In this document: piece after piece, positions 54,169 to 64,000 of the stretch
Position numbering within the stretch: position 1 is the first letter of the stretch
Layout of the letters: every line of letters begins with the position of its first letter
Assembly: GCA_005879795.1 (NCBI GenBank)
Contig: VBKJ01000127.1
Coordinates: 7,427-71,426, forward strand
Direction of reading: 5' to 3'
DNA length: 64,000 nucleotides
Source of the DNA: Deltaproteobacteria bacterium
GTDB taxonomy: Bacteria; Desulfobacterota; Binatia; DP-6
Made by a program: the position numbers and the translations under genes
Notes under the pieces: model-generated
Told to the model about the DNA's origin: nothing
What the model saw: only the letters and a program-made list of their open reading frames with translations
The model's database searches: none

Positions 54169-56331
54169 TCACCCGTCCCGGGTCCGCCGCCAGCCTCCGA
54201 CGCGGATGCTCGACACCTTGAGGGCGGCGCGACGGTGCCAGCGTGCCGCCTCGAAGCGCATGCCCGCGGCTTCCCAGTGATGCGCGATGAGCGAGGCGGA
54301 CTCGCCGAGTCGGTCGGAGCGCAGCTCCTGGAGGGCGGCGGCCACTGCGGCATGCAGCCGGGCACGCCCGTCGCCAAGCTGCGAGTGGTACGCCACCTCC
54401 TGGGTCAGCGGGTGCTTGAAGGCGTATGCGGCCTCGGGGTGGAGCGCCGTCGCGTGGATGAACTCGGCGGTGACCAGCGCCCGCAGGGCGGCCGCGAGAT
54501 CTGCCTCGGACAGCGCGGCCACATGTCGCAGGACCGGCTCGGGGAACTCCTTGCCGATCACCGCAGCCGTCTGGAGAACCTCCTTCTCGCGCTCCGCCAG
54601 ACGATCGATACGAGCCGCGAGCGCGGCCTGGACCGTGGCCGGCAGCGCGAGCGCAAACGTGGAGCCGGCGAGGCGGTACGCCCCCTTTGCGCCCACCACG
54701 GTCCCCGTCTCCGCCAATGCCTGCACGATCTCCTCGACGAAGAACGGGTTCCCGGCGGCACGCTCGCGGATGCTCCGCGCGACGTCCGCCACCGATGGGT
54801 GCGTGCCGAGCAGCTCACGGAGCATCTCCGCCATGGCCTCCGGCCCGAGCGGCAGCAACGAAAGCTGCTGGTAGTATGACCGCTGCATCCATCCGGCGTG
54901 GTACCCGGGCCTGAAGTTCACCACGAGGAGGGTGCGCGTCCCACCGACTGCCTCGACCCAGTTCTCCACGACGGCCTCGCTCGCGTCATCGATCCAGTGC
55001 AGGTCCTCGATCAGACTCACTCCCGGCTCGCGGTGACTCTGGGCGTGCACCACGCGCCGCAGGGCCGAGAAGAGCCGGCGCCGCTCCTCCTCCGCGTCGC
55101 CAGGCGGGATGGGATTCTCGGGATCGGGGACGCCAAGGAGGTCGAAGAGGAGCGGCAGGCCATCGACCAGCTCGGGGTCGAGCAGGAGGAGCCGGCCGGC
55201 GATCTTCTCGCGCGCGACCTGGGGCGGGTCCGGCCCGGCGATGCCGAAATAGCCACGCAGGTACTCCAGCACCGGGACCAACGGCACCATCATCCCGTGC
55301 GCGACGGCGTGCGCCTCGTGCACCGGGATGCCCCGCGCCCGGCAGCGCTCGGCGAACTCGTGGCAGAGTCGGCTCTTGCCGACCCCCGGCTCGGCTACGA
55401 CGCCGACGACCTGGCCGCTACCGGCGAGTGCTCGCCCGAGCGCCGCCTCGAGCATCGCCTGCTCCTCGTCGCGGCCGACGAAGCGCGAGAACCCGCGCGC
55501 GCGGGAGACGTCGAGAGGCGTTCGCAAGGGGCCGACACCCTCCAGCTCGTGGATGCGAAGCGCCGCGGGGACGCCCTTCACGGTGAATTCTCCCAGGTCC
55601 CGGAGACGGAACAGGCCCGCGACGAGGCGGGCCGTGTGCTCCGAGAGGTAGATTCGCCCGGCTTCGGCGAGCTGCTCCATGCGCGCCGCGAGCCCCACGG
55701 TCTGACCGTGAGCCGTGTAGTCCATGCGGAGGTCGTCGCCGATCTTGCCGACCACCACCTCGCCGGAGTTGAGCCCCATGCGCACGGTGAAGTTGAGGCC
55801 TCCCTTCCGACGCAGCTCGCCGGCATAGCGCCCGAGCGCCTCGGCCAGATGCAGCGCCGCGTAGCAGGCGCGGCGCGCATGATCCTCGTGGGCGAGCGGC
55901 GCGCCAAAGAGCGCCATGATCCCGTCGCCGGTGAACTGGTTCACCGTACCCTCGAATCGGTGCACCCCCTCCGCAAGGACGGTGAAGAAGCGGTCCATGA
56001 TCCGGTGCCACTCTTCCGCATCGACCTGCGCCGCCAGCTCCATCGAACCCTGCACGTCGACGAAGAGCACCGTCACCTGCTTGCGCTCGCCCTCGAGGGC
56101 GCCGCGCGAGGTGAGGATCCGCTCGGCGAGGTGCTTCGGGGTGTAGGTGCGAGGGCTACGCGCGGCGACGTCTGCATGCGCCGCGGCCGGCTTCCCGCAG
56201 GCGTCGCAGAACTTCGCGCCCGGTTGGAGCGCCCCGCCGCAGCCGGGGCAGACAATCGCGAGCCTCGCCCCGCACTCCGCGCAGAACGCAGCCTCCCGGC
56301 GGTTCAGGTGCTGGCAGCGCGGGCAGGTCAT
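54169..56331 (-). CDS. Class III adenylate/guanylate cyclase with an N-terminal double zinc ribbon and a STAND-type AAA ATPase domain plus partial TPR. The C-terminus is possibly truncated.
   Basis: N-terminus CPRCQ..CAECG..CPGCG..CDACG. CHD domain (VTVLFVDVQGSMEL...FTGDGIMALFGAP). P-loop EPGVGKSRL. Confidence 0.8.
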   Translation of the reverse strand: MTCPRCQHLNRREAAFCAECGARLAIVCPGCGGALQPGAKFCDACGKPAAAHADVAARSPRTYTPKHLAERILTSRGALEGERKQVTVLFVDVQGSMELAAQVDAEEWHRIMDRFFTVLAEGVHRFEGTVNQFTGDGIMALFGAPLAHEDHARRACYAALHLAEALGRYAGELRRKGGLNFTVRMGLNSGEVVVGKIGDDLRMDYTAHGQTVGLAARMEQLAEAGRIYLSEHTARLVAGLFRLRDLGEFTVKGVPAALRIHELEGVGPLRTPLDVSRARGFSRFVGRDEEQAMLEAALGRALAGSGQVVGVVAEPGVGKSRLCHEFAERCRARGIPVHEAHAVAHGMMVPLVPVLEYLRGYFGIAGPDPPQVAREKIAGRLLLLDPELVDGLPLLFDLLGVPDPENPIPPGDAEEERRRLFSALRRVVHAQSHREPGVSLIEDLHWIDDASEAVVENWVEAVGGTRTLLVVNFRPGYHAGWMQRSYYQQLSLLPLGPEAMAEMLRELLGTHPSVADVARSIRERAAGNPFFVEEIVQALAETGTVVGAKGAYRLAGSTFALALPATVQAALAARIDRLAEREKEVLQTAAVIGKEFPEPVLRHVAALSEADLAAALRALVTAEFIHATALHPEAAYAFKHPLTQEVAYHSQLGDGRARLHAAVAAALQELRSDRLGESASLIAHHWEAAGMRFEAARWHRRAALKVSSIRVGGWRRTRDG

Positions 56332-56497
56332 CCGAGCACGTTTCGGCCGGCTCCGGTCGCTTCTAGCGCGACGACCGCGGCTGGCTCAACCTGCCGTCGC
56401 GAGACGCGGCGGCGCGACGCCACCGTGGGCGCGGCCGCCGATTGCAAGACGCCCGGCACTACGCTAGGAGCACCCGGTGCCGAGCTGCGGGATTCAC

Positions 56498-56574
56498 GGG
56501 GTCGTAGTTCAGTTGGCTAGAACGCCTGCCTGTCACGCAGGAGGTCGCGAGTTCGAGTCTCGTCGGCCCCGCCA
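56498..56574 (+). tRNA. tRNA-Asp(GTC): tRNA-Asp (anticodon GTC), CCA encoded
   Basis: Starts GGGGTCGTAGTTCAGTTGGCTAGAAC. Anticodon loop CTGTCAC. Confidence 0.85.
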
Positions 56575-56640
56575 CTTGCGGCGGGACCCCGGCAGCGACG
56601 GTTGTCCGCGGGTCCCGTCGCTGCCTTGCGCCTGACGCCG

Positions 56641-57093
56641 ATGTCCCTCACCCGAACCACCAGGAGCCTCAGCACCGAGGCGGCGCGCGCCGCGCGCCGC
56701 TGGTACGTCGCCGACGCCGAGGGTAAGGTCCTCGGCCGCCTCGCTTCCCGGGTCGCGTCGATGCTGCGAGGGAAGACCAACCCGGGGTTCTCGCCGCACC
56801 TCGACGCGGGCGACTTCGTGGTCGTCGTCAACGCGGCCAAGATCCGGCTGACGGGCGAGAAGCTCGAGAAGAAGGAGTACATCCGTCACACGACCTATCC
56901 GGGCGGCGTGCGGCGGGCGCGCGCGGGCGAGGTGCTGGCCCGGCATCCGATCCGCCTCGTGCGCGACGCTGTCGTCGGCATGCTGCCGAAGAACCGCCTC
57001 GGCCGGCGCCTGGCGACCAAGCTCAAGGTCTACGCGGGTCCCGACCATCCGCACCAGGCGCAGAAGCCGGTGCCGATGCCCGAGAGCAGGTGA
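56641..57093 (+). CDS. rplM: 50S ribosomal protein L13
   Basis: Contains [25 protein letters not shown]. Confidence 0.9.
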   Translation: MSLTRTTRSLSTEAARAARRWYVADAEGKVLGRLASRVASMLRGKTNPGFSPHLDAGDFVVVVNAAKIRLTGEKLEKKEYIRHTTYPGGVRRARAGEVLARHPIRLVRDAVVGMLPKNRLGRRLATKLKVYAGPDHPHQAQKPVPMPESR

Positions 57094-57100
57094 GAAGCCG

Positions 57101-57502
57101 ATGAGTCCCGACCGAGCCTCCGTCATCTGGGCGACCGGCAAGCGGAAGTCCTCCGTCGCCCGCATTCGCCTCCAGCCGGGGGCAGGCGAGATCGTGGTGA
57201 ACGCGCGCCCGCTCGAGGCCTACTTCGGGCGCGAGACCTCGCGCATGATCGTGCACCAGCCCTTCGAGGTCACCTCGACCGCCGGCCAGTATCGTGTCGA
57301 CGTGAGCGTCCAGGGGGGCGGCGTGTCGGCGCAGGCGGTGGCGATCCGCCACGGCATCACGCGCGCGCTGCTCGAGGCCGACCCCGCGCTGCGCGTGCCG
57401 CTCAGGAAGGCCGGCTTCGTCACGCGCGATCCGCGCGAGGTCGAGCGCAAGAAGTACGGGCGCCACAAGGCGCGCAAGCGGCCGCAGTACTCGAAGCGCT
57501 GA
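57101..57502 (+). CDS. rpsI: 30S ribosomal protein S9
   Basis: Contains [14 protein letters not shown]...[14 protein letters not shown]. Confidence 0.9.
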   Translation: MSPDRASVIWATGKRKSSVARIRLQPGAGEIVVNARPLEAYFGRETSRMIVHQPFEVTSTAGQYRVDVSVQGGGVSAQAVAIRHGITRALLEADPALRVPLRKAGFVTRDPREVERKKYGRHKARKRPQYSKR

Positions 57503-57563
57503 GTCGCCGCCCGGCCGCGCGCGTCGTTGCGCCCGGCGCCCTCGTCGCATACTGTGCGCGGCC

Positions 57564-58616
57564 ATGGAGGCGAGCCGGGCGCCGGCGACGCGCGTGCCGG
57601 TCGCCGTGCTCGGCGCGACCGGCTACACGGGCGTGGAGCTGCTGCGCCTGCTCGCGCGGCATCCCGCCGTCGAGCTCGCCTTCCTCTCCTCGGAGCAGTA
57701 CCGCGACCGGCGCGCCGCGGACGTCTACCCCTTCCTCACCGGGATCGTGGAAACGCCGCTGCGGGCGCCCGAGCCTGCGGAGGTCGCGGCCGCCGCCGAG
57801 ATCGTGTTCACGGCGCTGCCGCACGGGGCGGCCGCGCCGGTCGTGGCGGAGCTCGTCCGGCGCGGCCGCCGCGTGATCGACCTCTCCGCCGATTTCCGCT
57901 TGCGCGACGCGGCCGTGTACACGCGCTGGTACACGCCCCACCCGGCGCCCGAGCTGCTCGCGGAGGCGGTGTACGGCCTGCCCGAGCTGTACCGGGCGCG
58001 TCTGCGCGCGGCCCGCATCGTGGCCTGTCCCGGCTGCTATCCCACCGGCGCGCTCCTCGGGCTCGTGCCGCTGGCGCGGGCCGGACTGCTGCGCGAGCCC
58101 GTCGTCATCGACGCCAAGTCCGGCACCACCGGCGCCGGACGCGGCGTGAAGGTGGACCAGCTCTTCGCCGAAGTGAACGAGAACTTCCGGCCCTACGCGA
58201 TCGGCGAGCACCGCCACGGGCCAGAGATCGACCAGGAGCTGCGCGCAGCGGGGGCCGCCCGAGGGGCCCTCTTCGTGCCCCACCTGCTGCCGCTGAGCCG
58301 CGGCCTGCTCTGCACCATGTACGTCCGCACCGGGGGCGCGCGGCCGCGGCTCGCGGAGCTCTTCCAGGGCGCGTACGACGGCGAGCCGTTCGTCGTGCTG
58401 CGCGGCGAGGACGCGCCGCCCGAGCTGCGGGACGTGCGCGGCACCAACCGCTGCGCCATCGGCTGGCGCTGGGACGGCGCCTCGGGTCAGGCGATCGTGG
58501 TGACGGCCATCGACAACCTCGGCAAGGGAGCCTCGGGCCAGGCGGTGCAGTGCCTCAACGTGATTCTCGACCTCCCCGAGACCACGGGGCTCGAGGCGCC
58601 CGCGCTGGTGCCGTGA
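57564..58616 (+). CDS. argC: N-acetyl-gamma-glutamyl-phosphate reductase
   Basis: Contains VAVLGATGYTGVELLRLLARHP...CPGCYPTGALLGL. Confidence 0.9.
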   Translation: MEASRAPATRVPVAVLGATGYTGVELLRLLARHPAVELAFLSSEQYRDRRAADVYPFLTGIVETPLRAPEPAEVAAAAEIVFTALPHGAAAPVVAELVRRGRRVIDLSADFRLRDAAVYTRWYTPHPAPELLAEAVYGLPELYRARLRAARIVACPGCYPTGALLGLVPLARAGLLREPVVIDAKSGTTGAGRGVKVDQLFAEVNENFRPYAIGEHRHGPEIDQELRAAGAARGALFVPHLLPLSRGLLCTMYVRTGGARPRLAELFQGAYDGEPFVVLRGEDAPPELRDVRGTNRCAIGWRWDGASGQAIVVTAIDNLGKGASGQAVQCLNVILDLPETTGLEAPALVP

Positions 58617-58668
58617 GGCCTCTCGGGCCGTCCCCAACGGGTCCGGGGGTCCGTCCAGTGGGCCTCCT

Positions 58669-59766
58669 TCACTCCGTGCCGAGCAGGTAGAAGCCGCCGA
58701 CCAGCGCGAAGACGACGTTGGCGGTCCACGCCGCCAGCGCGGGGGGTAGCGAGCCGGTCTGGCCGAGCGGGCGGGTGAAGGCGACCAGGAAGAAGTAGGC
58801 GAAGCCGACGGCCAGCCCGAGGCCGACGCTCGCGGCGAAGCTGGTGACGCGTGTCCCGGCCGCCGCGAGGGGCACGGCGAGCAACATCATGATGAGGCTC
58901 GCCGCGGGGAAGGCGAGCTTCAGGTGGAGATCGACCAGGCTCTCGTGCGTGTCGACCCCCTTGCGGCGGAGGTCCTTGATCTGGCGGCGCAGCATTCCGT
59001 AGCTCAGCTCCTCCGGCTCGACCGACACGGCGCGGAAGTCCTCGAGCGTTTCGGGGATGGTGAAGCCGGGCGGCGCGGCCTGCCGCTGGCGCGTGCCGTC
59101 CGCGGTGAACTCGAGCGTGCGCGCACCGCTCAGCTGCCAGCGCGTGCCGTCCCAGGTGGCGGAGTCGGCCTCGATCAGCCGCGTGAGCCGGAAATCGGGG
59201 TCGAGCTGGTAGACGGCGAGGCCCCAGAGCGTCTTCTTGCGCGGCGACACGCGGTCGATGTTGTAGAAGCCGGCGCGCCCATGGAACCAGATCTCGCGGC
59301 CCGCGAATACGCTGGCCGGGCCGCGCCGCTTGATCTCGAGGTTCTCGATCTCGTGCCAGCGGTGGGCGCTGTACGGCACGACTATCTCGTTCCAGGTGAA
59401 GGCGCCGGCGCTGATCAGGGCCGCGAGGACGAGGAGCGGCGTCGCGATCTGCCAGGCGCTGACGCCGCAGGCCCGGAGCGCCACGAACTCGTTCTGGCGC
59501 GCCAGGAGCCCCAGGCCGACCAGGGCGCCGACCAGCACGGCGAAGGGTGTCACCTGCGTCACCACCAGCGGCAGCTTGAAGACGAAGTAGCGCACGATCG
59601 CCCCGCTGCCGACGTCGTGGCGCAGGAAGCTGTCCAGGCGGTCGAAGAACTCGGCCGTGATGTAGATCACGACGAACCCGGCCAGGCTGAGCGCGAACGG
59701 CGCCAGGAACTCGCGCACGAGATGGCGGCCCACGACGGGGAGGAGGAGGCGCCGGGCCGCGCTCAC
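58669..59766 (-). CDS. lptG: LptF/LptG-family (YjgP/YjgQ) LPS export permease, second gene of the pair
   Basis: Six TM helices with a large periplasmic beta-jellyroll loop. GTG start. Overlaps the upstream paralogue by 4 nt. Confidence 0.7.
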   Translation of the reverse strand: MSAARRLLLPVVGRHLVREFLAPFALSLAGFVVIYITAEFFDRLDSFLRHDVGSGAIVRYFVFKLPLVVTQVTPFAVLVGALVGLGLLARQNEFVALRACGVSAWQIATPLLVLAALISAGAFTWNEIVVPYSAHRWHEIENLEIKRRGPASVFAGREIWFHGRAGFYNIDRVSPRKKTLWGLAVYQLDPDFRLTRLIEADSATWDGTRWQLSGARTLEFTADGTRQRQAAPPGFTIPETLEDFRAVSVEPEELSYGMLRRQIKDLRRKGVDTHESLVDLHLKLAFPAASLIMMLLAVPLAAAGTRVTSFAASVGLGLAVGFAYFFLVAFTRPLGQTGSLPPALAAWTANVVFALVGGFYLLGTE

Positions 59767-60956
59767 GGCGCGGCCTCCGCGCCGAGGCGCCCGAGCAGCC
59801 AGTCGCGCAGGGCGGCGAGCCCGCTCTGCAAGCGTTCGAGCTGGTCCAGCGTCCGCTCGCGGGCGGCGCGCTCGAAGAGGTAGGCGCCGAGCGCCGCGAA
59901 GACCGCGTTCGGCAGCCAGAGCCCGACCGCCGCGGACACGAGCGCCTGCTCGGCCAGCGCCTGCCCGAACGAGAGGAGGACGTAGTAGGCGAAGATCATG
60001 ACCAGGCTCAGGGTGAAGCCGCGCGAGCGGGCGGCGCGGACCGGCTGCACGCCGAGCGGCACGGCGACCAGGGCGAACACGATGCACGCGAAGGGGATCG
60101 AGAACTTGCGATGGTACTCGACCAGCTCCGGGATGAACGGGAGCTCGGCCGCGCGCTTGGCGACGATCGATCGCCCGAGCTGCGCGAGCGTCAGCTCCTT
60201 GGGGTCGCGCTCGCGCTGGCGCGCGCCTTCGATCATCTGGCGCAGGTCGAGGTTGACGTCGTAGAACTGGAAGTGGGTCTGGTACTCCGTGCCCGCGCGT
60301 CCGTCGGTGGTGTGGATGAAGCCGTCGCGCAGGCGGAGCGTCACCGCCTGCGTCGCCGGGTTGGAGACCATGGCCCCCTCGCGGGCGAAGATCGTGTTGT
60401 GCTGGGTGCTGTCGCGCTCGTCGGAGATGAGCACGTGCCGGAGGCGGTCGTTGGTCGCGTCGGTGTGCTCGGTGTAGATCACCAGCCCCGGGAAGTCGTC
60501 GTTGAAGATCTGTTCCTTGATGCCCGCGCTCGCGCGCGCGCGGGCCAGGTCGAAGAGGGCCGTCTTGAGCGCGCGGTTGCCCCACGGCCGGGCCCAGAGC
60601 GAAAGCGCGGCGGTCGCCGCGGTGGCGAGGAGCGCGAAGATGGCGACCGGTGCGATCAGCTGATAGAGGCTCAACCCCGAGCTGCGCAGCGCCACCATCT
60701 CGGAATCCGCGGAGAGACGGCCGAAGGCGACCAGGATGGCGAGCAGCATCGCCATCGGCACGGTGACCTCGAGGAAGGCCGGCATGATGTAGCTGAGCAG
60801 CTTCAAGATGTTCAGGACCGGGACCCCGCGGGTCACGACCAGCTCGATCAGCTTGAGCAGGCGGGCGATCAGCAGGGTGAAGGTGAACAGCGAGAGGCCG
60901 AAGAGGAATGGCACCAGGATCTCGCGGAAGACGTAGCGGTGGACGATCTTTCCCAC
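59763..60956 (-). CDS. lptF: LptF/LptG-family (YjgP/YjgQ) LPS export permease, first gene of the pair
   Basis: Starts MGKIVHRYVFREILVPFLFGLSLFTFTLL. Confidence 0.7.
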   Translation of the reverse strand: MGKIVHRYVFREILVPFLFGLSLFTFTLLIARLLKLIELVVTRGVPVLNILKLLSYIMPAFLEVTVPMAMLLAILVAFGRLSADSEMVALRSSGLSLYQLIAPVAIFALLATAATAALSLWARPWGNRALKTALFDLARARASAGIKEQIFNDDFPGLVIYTEHTDATNDRLRHVLISDERDSTQHNTIFAREGAMVSNPATQAVTLRLRDGFIHTTDGRAGTEYQTHFQFYDVNLDLRQMIEGARQRERDPKELTLAQLGRSIVAKRAAELPFIPELVEYHRKFSIPFACIVFALVAVPLGVQPVRAARSRGFTLSLVMIFAYYVLLSFGQALAEQALVSAAVGLWLPNAVFAALGAYLFERAARERTLDQLERLQSGLAALRDWLLGRLGAEAAP

Positions 60957-60972
60957 AACCGCCGTGTAGCCG

Positions 60973-61722
60973 ATGACCCGGCCCCGGACAACCCGAAGCG
61001 GGCCCGAGGCGCCGCTGGTCGTCTACGGCGCGAACGCGGTGCTCGAGCTGCTGCGCAGCGGCGGGCCGGTCGATCGTCTCTGTCTTGGACGGGGGCCGCG
61101 CGAGGCCGAGGTCTCCGCCGCCGCGCGGGCGCGCGGCGTGCGGGTGGAGACCGGGGAGCGGGCGGCGCTCGAGCGGCTGGCCGGCTCGCCGCACCATCAG
61201 GGGGCCGTCGCGGTCACGCCTCCCTTCGTCTACGCGCCGCTCGAGCGGCTCCTCGCCCCGAGCTGCACGAGCGCCCTCGTGCTCGACGGCATCCAGGACC
61301 CGCGCAACCTGGGGGCCATCCTGCGCACGGCCCGCGCCCTCGGCGTGGGTGGGGTCGTCCTGCCCCGCGATCGGAGCGCCGGCGTCACCTCGGTGGTGGC
61401 CGCCGCGTCCGCGGGCCTCCTCTTCGGGCTCCCGCTGGTCCAGGTCCCCAACCTGGTGCGGGCCATGGAGGCGCTCAAGGCGGCGGGCTTCTGGCTGGTA
61501 GGGCTCTCGCCCCGGGGCGGGACGCCGCTGGCGCGCCTGGAGCCTCCGGCCCGCCCCGCTCTGGCGGCCGGCGGGGAGGGCGAGGGGCTCCGACCGCTCG
61601 TGCGCCGGACCTGCGACTTCATGGCGTACATCCCGATGGCGCCCGGCATCGACTCGCTCAACGTCGGGGTGGCGGTCGCGATCGCGCTCTACGAGCTGAC
61701 CGCTCGGCGGCGCGGTTCATAA
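60973..61722 (+). CDS. rlmB: SpoU/TrmH-family 23S rRNA 2'-O-methyltransferase (RlmB-like)
   Basis: Contains LDGIQDPRNLGAILRTARALGVGGVVLP...GGEGEGLR. Confidence 0.7.
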   Translation: MTRPRTTRSGPEAPLVVYGANAVLELLRSGGPVDRLCLGRGPREAEVSAAARARGVRVETGERAALERLAGSPHHQGAVAVTPPFVYAPLERLLAPSCTSALVLDGIQDPRNLGAILRTARALGVGGVVLPRDRSAGVTSVVAAASAGLLFGLPLVQVPNLVRAMEALKAAGFWLVGLSPRGGTPLARLEPPARPALAAGGEGEGLRPLVRRTCDFMAYIPMAPGIDSLNVGVAVAIALYELTARRRGS

Positions 61723-61745
61723 CTCCGTTTCCGCGCGTTCGTTCC

Positions 61746-61775
61746 TTGACAGCCTTTCTTGCCGAGAGTAAGAAT
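61746..61775 (+). promoter_or_regulatory. Candidate sigma-70 promoter for the tRNA/rpmG/secE operon
   Basis: TTGACA followed by 17 nt then TAAGAAT. It lies in a local AT-rich patch upstream of tRNA-Thr. Confidence 0.35.
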
Positions 61776-61913
61776 GCGCGTTTACGGTCATTCACGGACG
61801 GGGGCGTGCTCCCCGCCACTGCCGGGTCCCGCCGCACGGCCCGGGACGCGGCCAAGGAGGTTGCGCGGGAAAGTTCTGGAACGCTGGCTCGCGCCGGAGG
61901 GGTGGTGTGGCCC

Positions 61914-61988
61914 GCCGATGTAGCTCAGGGGTAGAGCAGCTGACTTGTAATCAGCAGGTCGTCGGTTCGACTCCGACCATCGGCTCCA
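61914..61988 (+). tRNA. tRNA-Thr(TGT): tRNA-Thr (anticodon TGT), CCA encoded
   Basis: Starts GCCGATGTAGCTCAGGGGTAGAGC. Anticodon loop CTTGTAA. Confidence 0.85.
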
Positions 61989-62011
61989 GCCGCGGGAGTC
62001 GGAGCCGATGC

Positions 62012-62094
<83 letters not shown>

Positions 62095-62126
62095 TTCGCC
62101 ACGGCAGAACGACGAGAACATGCGGC

Positions 62127-62199
62127 GCGGGAGTAGCTCAGGTGGTAGAGCGCGAGCCTTCCAAGCTCGGGGTCGCGGGTTCGATTCCCGTCTCCCGCT
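62127..62199 (+). tRNA. tRNA-Gly(TCC): tRNA-Gly (anticodon TCC)
   Basis: Starts GCGGGAGTAGCTCAGGTGGTAGAGC. Anticodon loop CTTCCAA. Confidence 0.85.
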
Positions 62200-62200
62200 T

Positions 62201-62273
62201 GCCCACGTAGCTCAGGCGGCAGAGCACTTCCTTGGTAAGGAAGAGGTCACCGGTTCGAATCCGGTCGTGGGCT
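62201..62273 (+). tRNA. tRNA-Thr(GGT): tRNA-Thr (anticodon GGT)
   Basis: Starts GCCCACGTAGCTCAGGCGGCAGAGC. Anticodon loop TTGGTAA. Confidence 0.85.
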
Positions 62274-62293
62274 TCGGGCGCCGGGAGAGCTAG

Positions 62294-62446
62294 ATGCGCG
62301 ATCTGATCACGCTCGTGTGCGACGGGTGCAAGCGGAAGAACTACACCAGCACGAAGAACAAGAAGCTGACGACGGACAAGCTCGCCCTGAAGAAGTTCTG
62401 CCCGGCGTGCCGGAGCCACACGCTCCACAAGGAGGGGAAGGTCTAG
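62294..62446 (+). CDS. rpmG: 50S ribosomal protein L33, 50 aa. It is too short to appear in the ORF track.
   Basis: ATG 62294. Sequence [53 protein letters not shown] at 62444-62446. Confidence 0.85.
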   Translation: MRDLITLVCDGCKRKNYTSTKNKKLTTDKLALKKFCPACRSHTLHKEGKV

Positions 62447-62478
62447 GAGCGCGAGCCGGGCGGCGGTCCCGGCCTGCC

Positions 62479-62552
62479 GGGTCAGTAGCTCGAACGGCTA
62501 GAGCACCGGACTCCAAATCCGGGGGTTGCAGGTTCGAATCCTGCCTGACCCG
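62479..62552 (+). tRNA. tRNA-Trp(CCA): tRNA-Trp (anticodon CCA)
   Basis: Starts GGGTCAGTAGCTCGAACGGCTAGAGC. Anticodon loop CTCCAAA. Confidence 0.85.
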
Positions 62553-62564
62553 CGTCCTGACGCC

Positions 62565-62783
62565 ATGAACGCTCTCGAATCGCTCAAGCAACCGGTCACG
62601 CGCTCCCGCCAGTTCCTGGAGGAGTGCTGGATCGAGCTCAAGAAGGTGCACTGGCCGAACCGCAAGGAGACGCAGGCGGCGACGGTGGTCGTCATCATCG
62701 GCGTGGTCATCGTCGCGCTCTACCTCGGGGTGGTCGACGCGGCGCTTGCCTGGCTCGTTCAATGGGCGCTCAAGCCGTCATGA
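62565..62783 (+). CDS. secE: Preprotein translocase subunit SecE
   Basis: Contains [31 protein letters not shown] followed by a single TM helix. ATGA overlap with nusG. Confidence 0.85.
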   Translation: MNALESLKQPVTRSRQFLEECWIELKKVHWPNRKETQAATVVVIIGVVIVALYLGVVDAALAWLVQWALKPS

Positions 62784-63331
62784 CGGCAGAGGACGAGCGG
62801 AGCTGGTACGTGGTGCACACATACTCCGGCTACGAACACAAGGTGAAGGCGGCGCTCGAGGAGCGCATCCGCGGGCTCGGCAAGCCGGAGCTGTTCGGCG
62901 AGATCCTGGTGCCGTCGGAGAAGGTGGTCGAGCTGGTCAAGGGGAAGAAGAAGACCTCGTCGCGCAAGTTCTTCCCCGGCTACATCCTCGTCAACATGAA
63001 GCTCAACAACGAGACCTGGCACATCGTCAAGTCGACGCCCAAGGTGACCGGTTTCCTCGGCGGCGCGACCGATCCGAGCTCGACCCCGTCCATCTCCGAG
63101 GCCGAGGTGCGCGAGATCACGCAGCAGATGGCCGAGGGGGCGGTCAAGCCGAAGCCCAAGGTCCTCTTCGAGCAGGGCGAGCAGGTGAAGGTGATCGACG
63201 GCCCCTTCCAGGACTTCAACGGCGTGGTGGAGGAGGTCAAGCCGGACAAGGGGAAGCTGCGCGTGCTGATCAGCATCTTCGGACGCGCCACGCCCGTCGA
63301 GCTCGACTTCGTGCAGGTGGAGAAGGCCTGA
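62780..63331 (+). CDS. nusG: Transcription termination/antitermination factor NusG
   Basis: Contains [15 protein letters not shown]...KOW motif [18 protein letters not shown]. Confidence 0.9.
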   Translation: MTAEDERSWYVVHTYSGYEHKVKAALEERIRGLGKPELFGEILVPSEKVVELVKGKKKTSSRKFFPGYILVNMKLNNETWHIVKSTPKVTGFLGGATDPSSTPSISEAEVREITQQMAEGAVKPKPKVLFEQGEQVKVIDGPFQDFNGVVEEVKPDKGKLRVLISIFGRATPVELDFVQVEKA

Positions 63332-63340
63332 GAACGACCC

Positions 63341-63763
<423 letters not shown>

Positions 63764-63771
63764 GGGCGACG

Positions 63772-64000
63772 ATGGCGAAGCGAAGCAAGCGCTACCAGAC
63801 GGCCGCCGCGCGCATCGACCGCGCGCGGCGCTATCCGCTCGACGAGGCGATCCGCGCGCTGCTGGCGGCCGAGGGCGCGGCCAGGTTCGACGAGACGGTC
63901 GAGCTGGCGGTGAAGCTCGGGGTGGATCCGCGCCAGGCGGATCAGAACGTGCGCGGGACGGTCGTCCTGCCGCACGGCACCGGGAAGAGCGTCCGCGTGC
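63772..64000 (+). CDS. rplA: 50S ribosomal protein L1, partial (continues past the window end)
   Basis: Contains [30 protein letters not shown]...[13 protein letters not shown]. Confidence 0.9.
   Translation, partial: MAKRSKRYQTAAARIDRARRYPLDEAIRALLAAEGAARFDETVELAVKLGVDPRQADQNVRGTVVLPHGTGKSVRV

Noticed and set aside
56575-56640. Repeated GGGACCC / GGCAGCGACGG elements after tRNA-Asp
   Set aside because: They form only an imperfect hairpin (9-bp stem, 17-nt loop). They are probably a weak terminator or processing site, not a repeat family or mobile element.

Overview
This is a high-GC (~70%) bacterial chromosomal window, most likely from Myxococcota (it contains a Myxococcus-type cysteine-rich repeat, thrombospondin-3-like repeats and a DUF2723 protein). 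It mixes conserved housekeeping blocks with several accessory regions.

Housekeeping blocks:
- infA and nadE.
- rph-rdgB followed by tRNA Pro-Arg-His-Lys.
- tRNA-Leu followed by tig-clpP-clpX-lon-hup.
- tRNA-Val and tRNA-Asp.
- rplM-rpsI and argC.
- lptFG and rlmB.
- tRNA Thr-Tyr-Gly-Thr, rpmG, tRNA-Trp, then secE-nusG-rplK-rplA.

Accessory regions:
1. A putative protein-glycosylation or glycan locus (about 2.9-15.5 kb). It contains two GT-C-type membrane proteins, one of them a DUF2723/TMEM260-like protein with TPR repeats. It also contains a TPR lipoprotein of the type-I phosphodiesterase (AlkP) superfamily and a translationally coupled GT2-GT4-GT2 trio. This set flanks a 752-aa secreted protein with tandem repeats and a 97-aa secreted cysteine-rich peptide. 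The peptide sits in a low-GC islet carrying tandem repeats, a palindromic operator and a hairpin terminator.
2. A B12-radical-SAM / ABC exporter / thioredoxin region, next to an acyl-CoA tailoring cluster.
3. A split sigma-54 activator encoded as an AAA+-HTH gene followed by an ATGA-coupled stand-alone receiver, plus a ribbon-helix-helix (RHH) protein.
4. An integrase fragment abutting tRNA-Lys, followed by decayed two-component-system genes. This looks like the relic of an integrated element.
5. An adenylate cyclase carrying a zinc ribbon and a STAND-type AAA ATPase domain.

Many long ORFs in the track are antisense or wrong-frame artefacts typical of GC-rich DNA and were not called.
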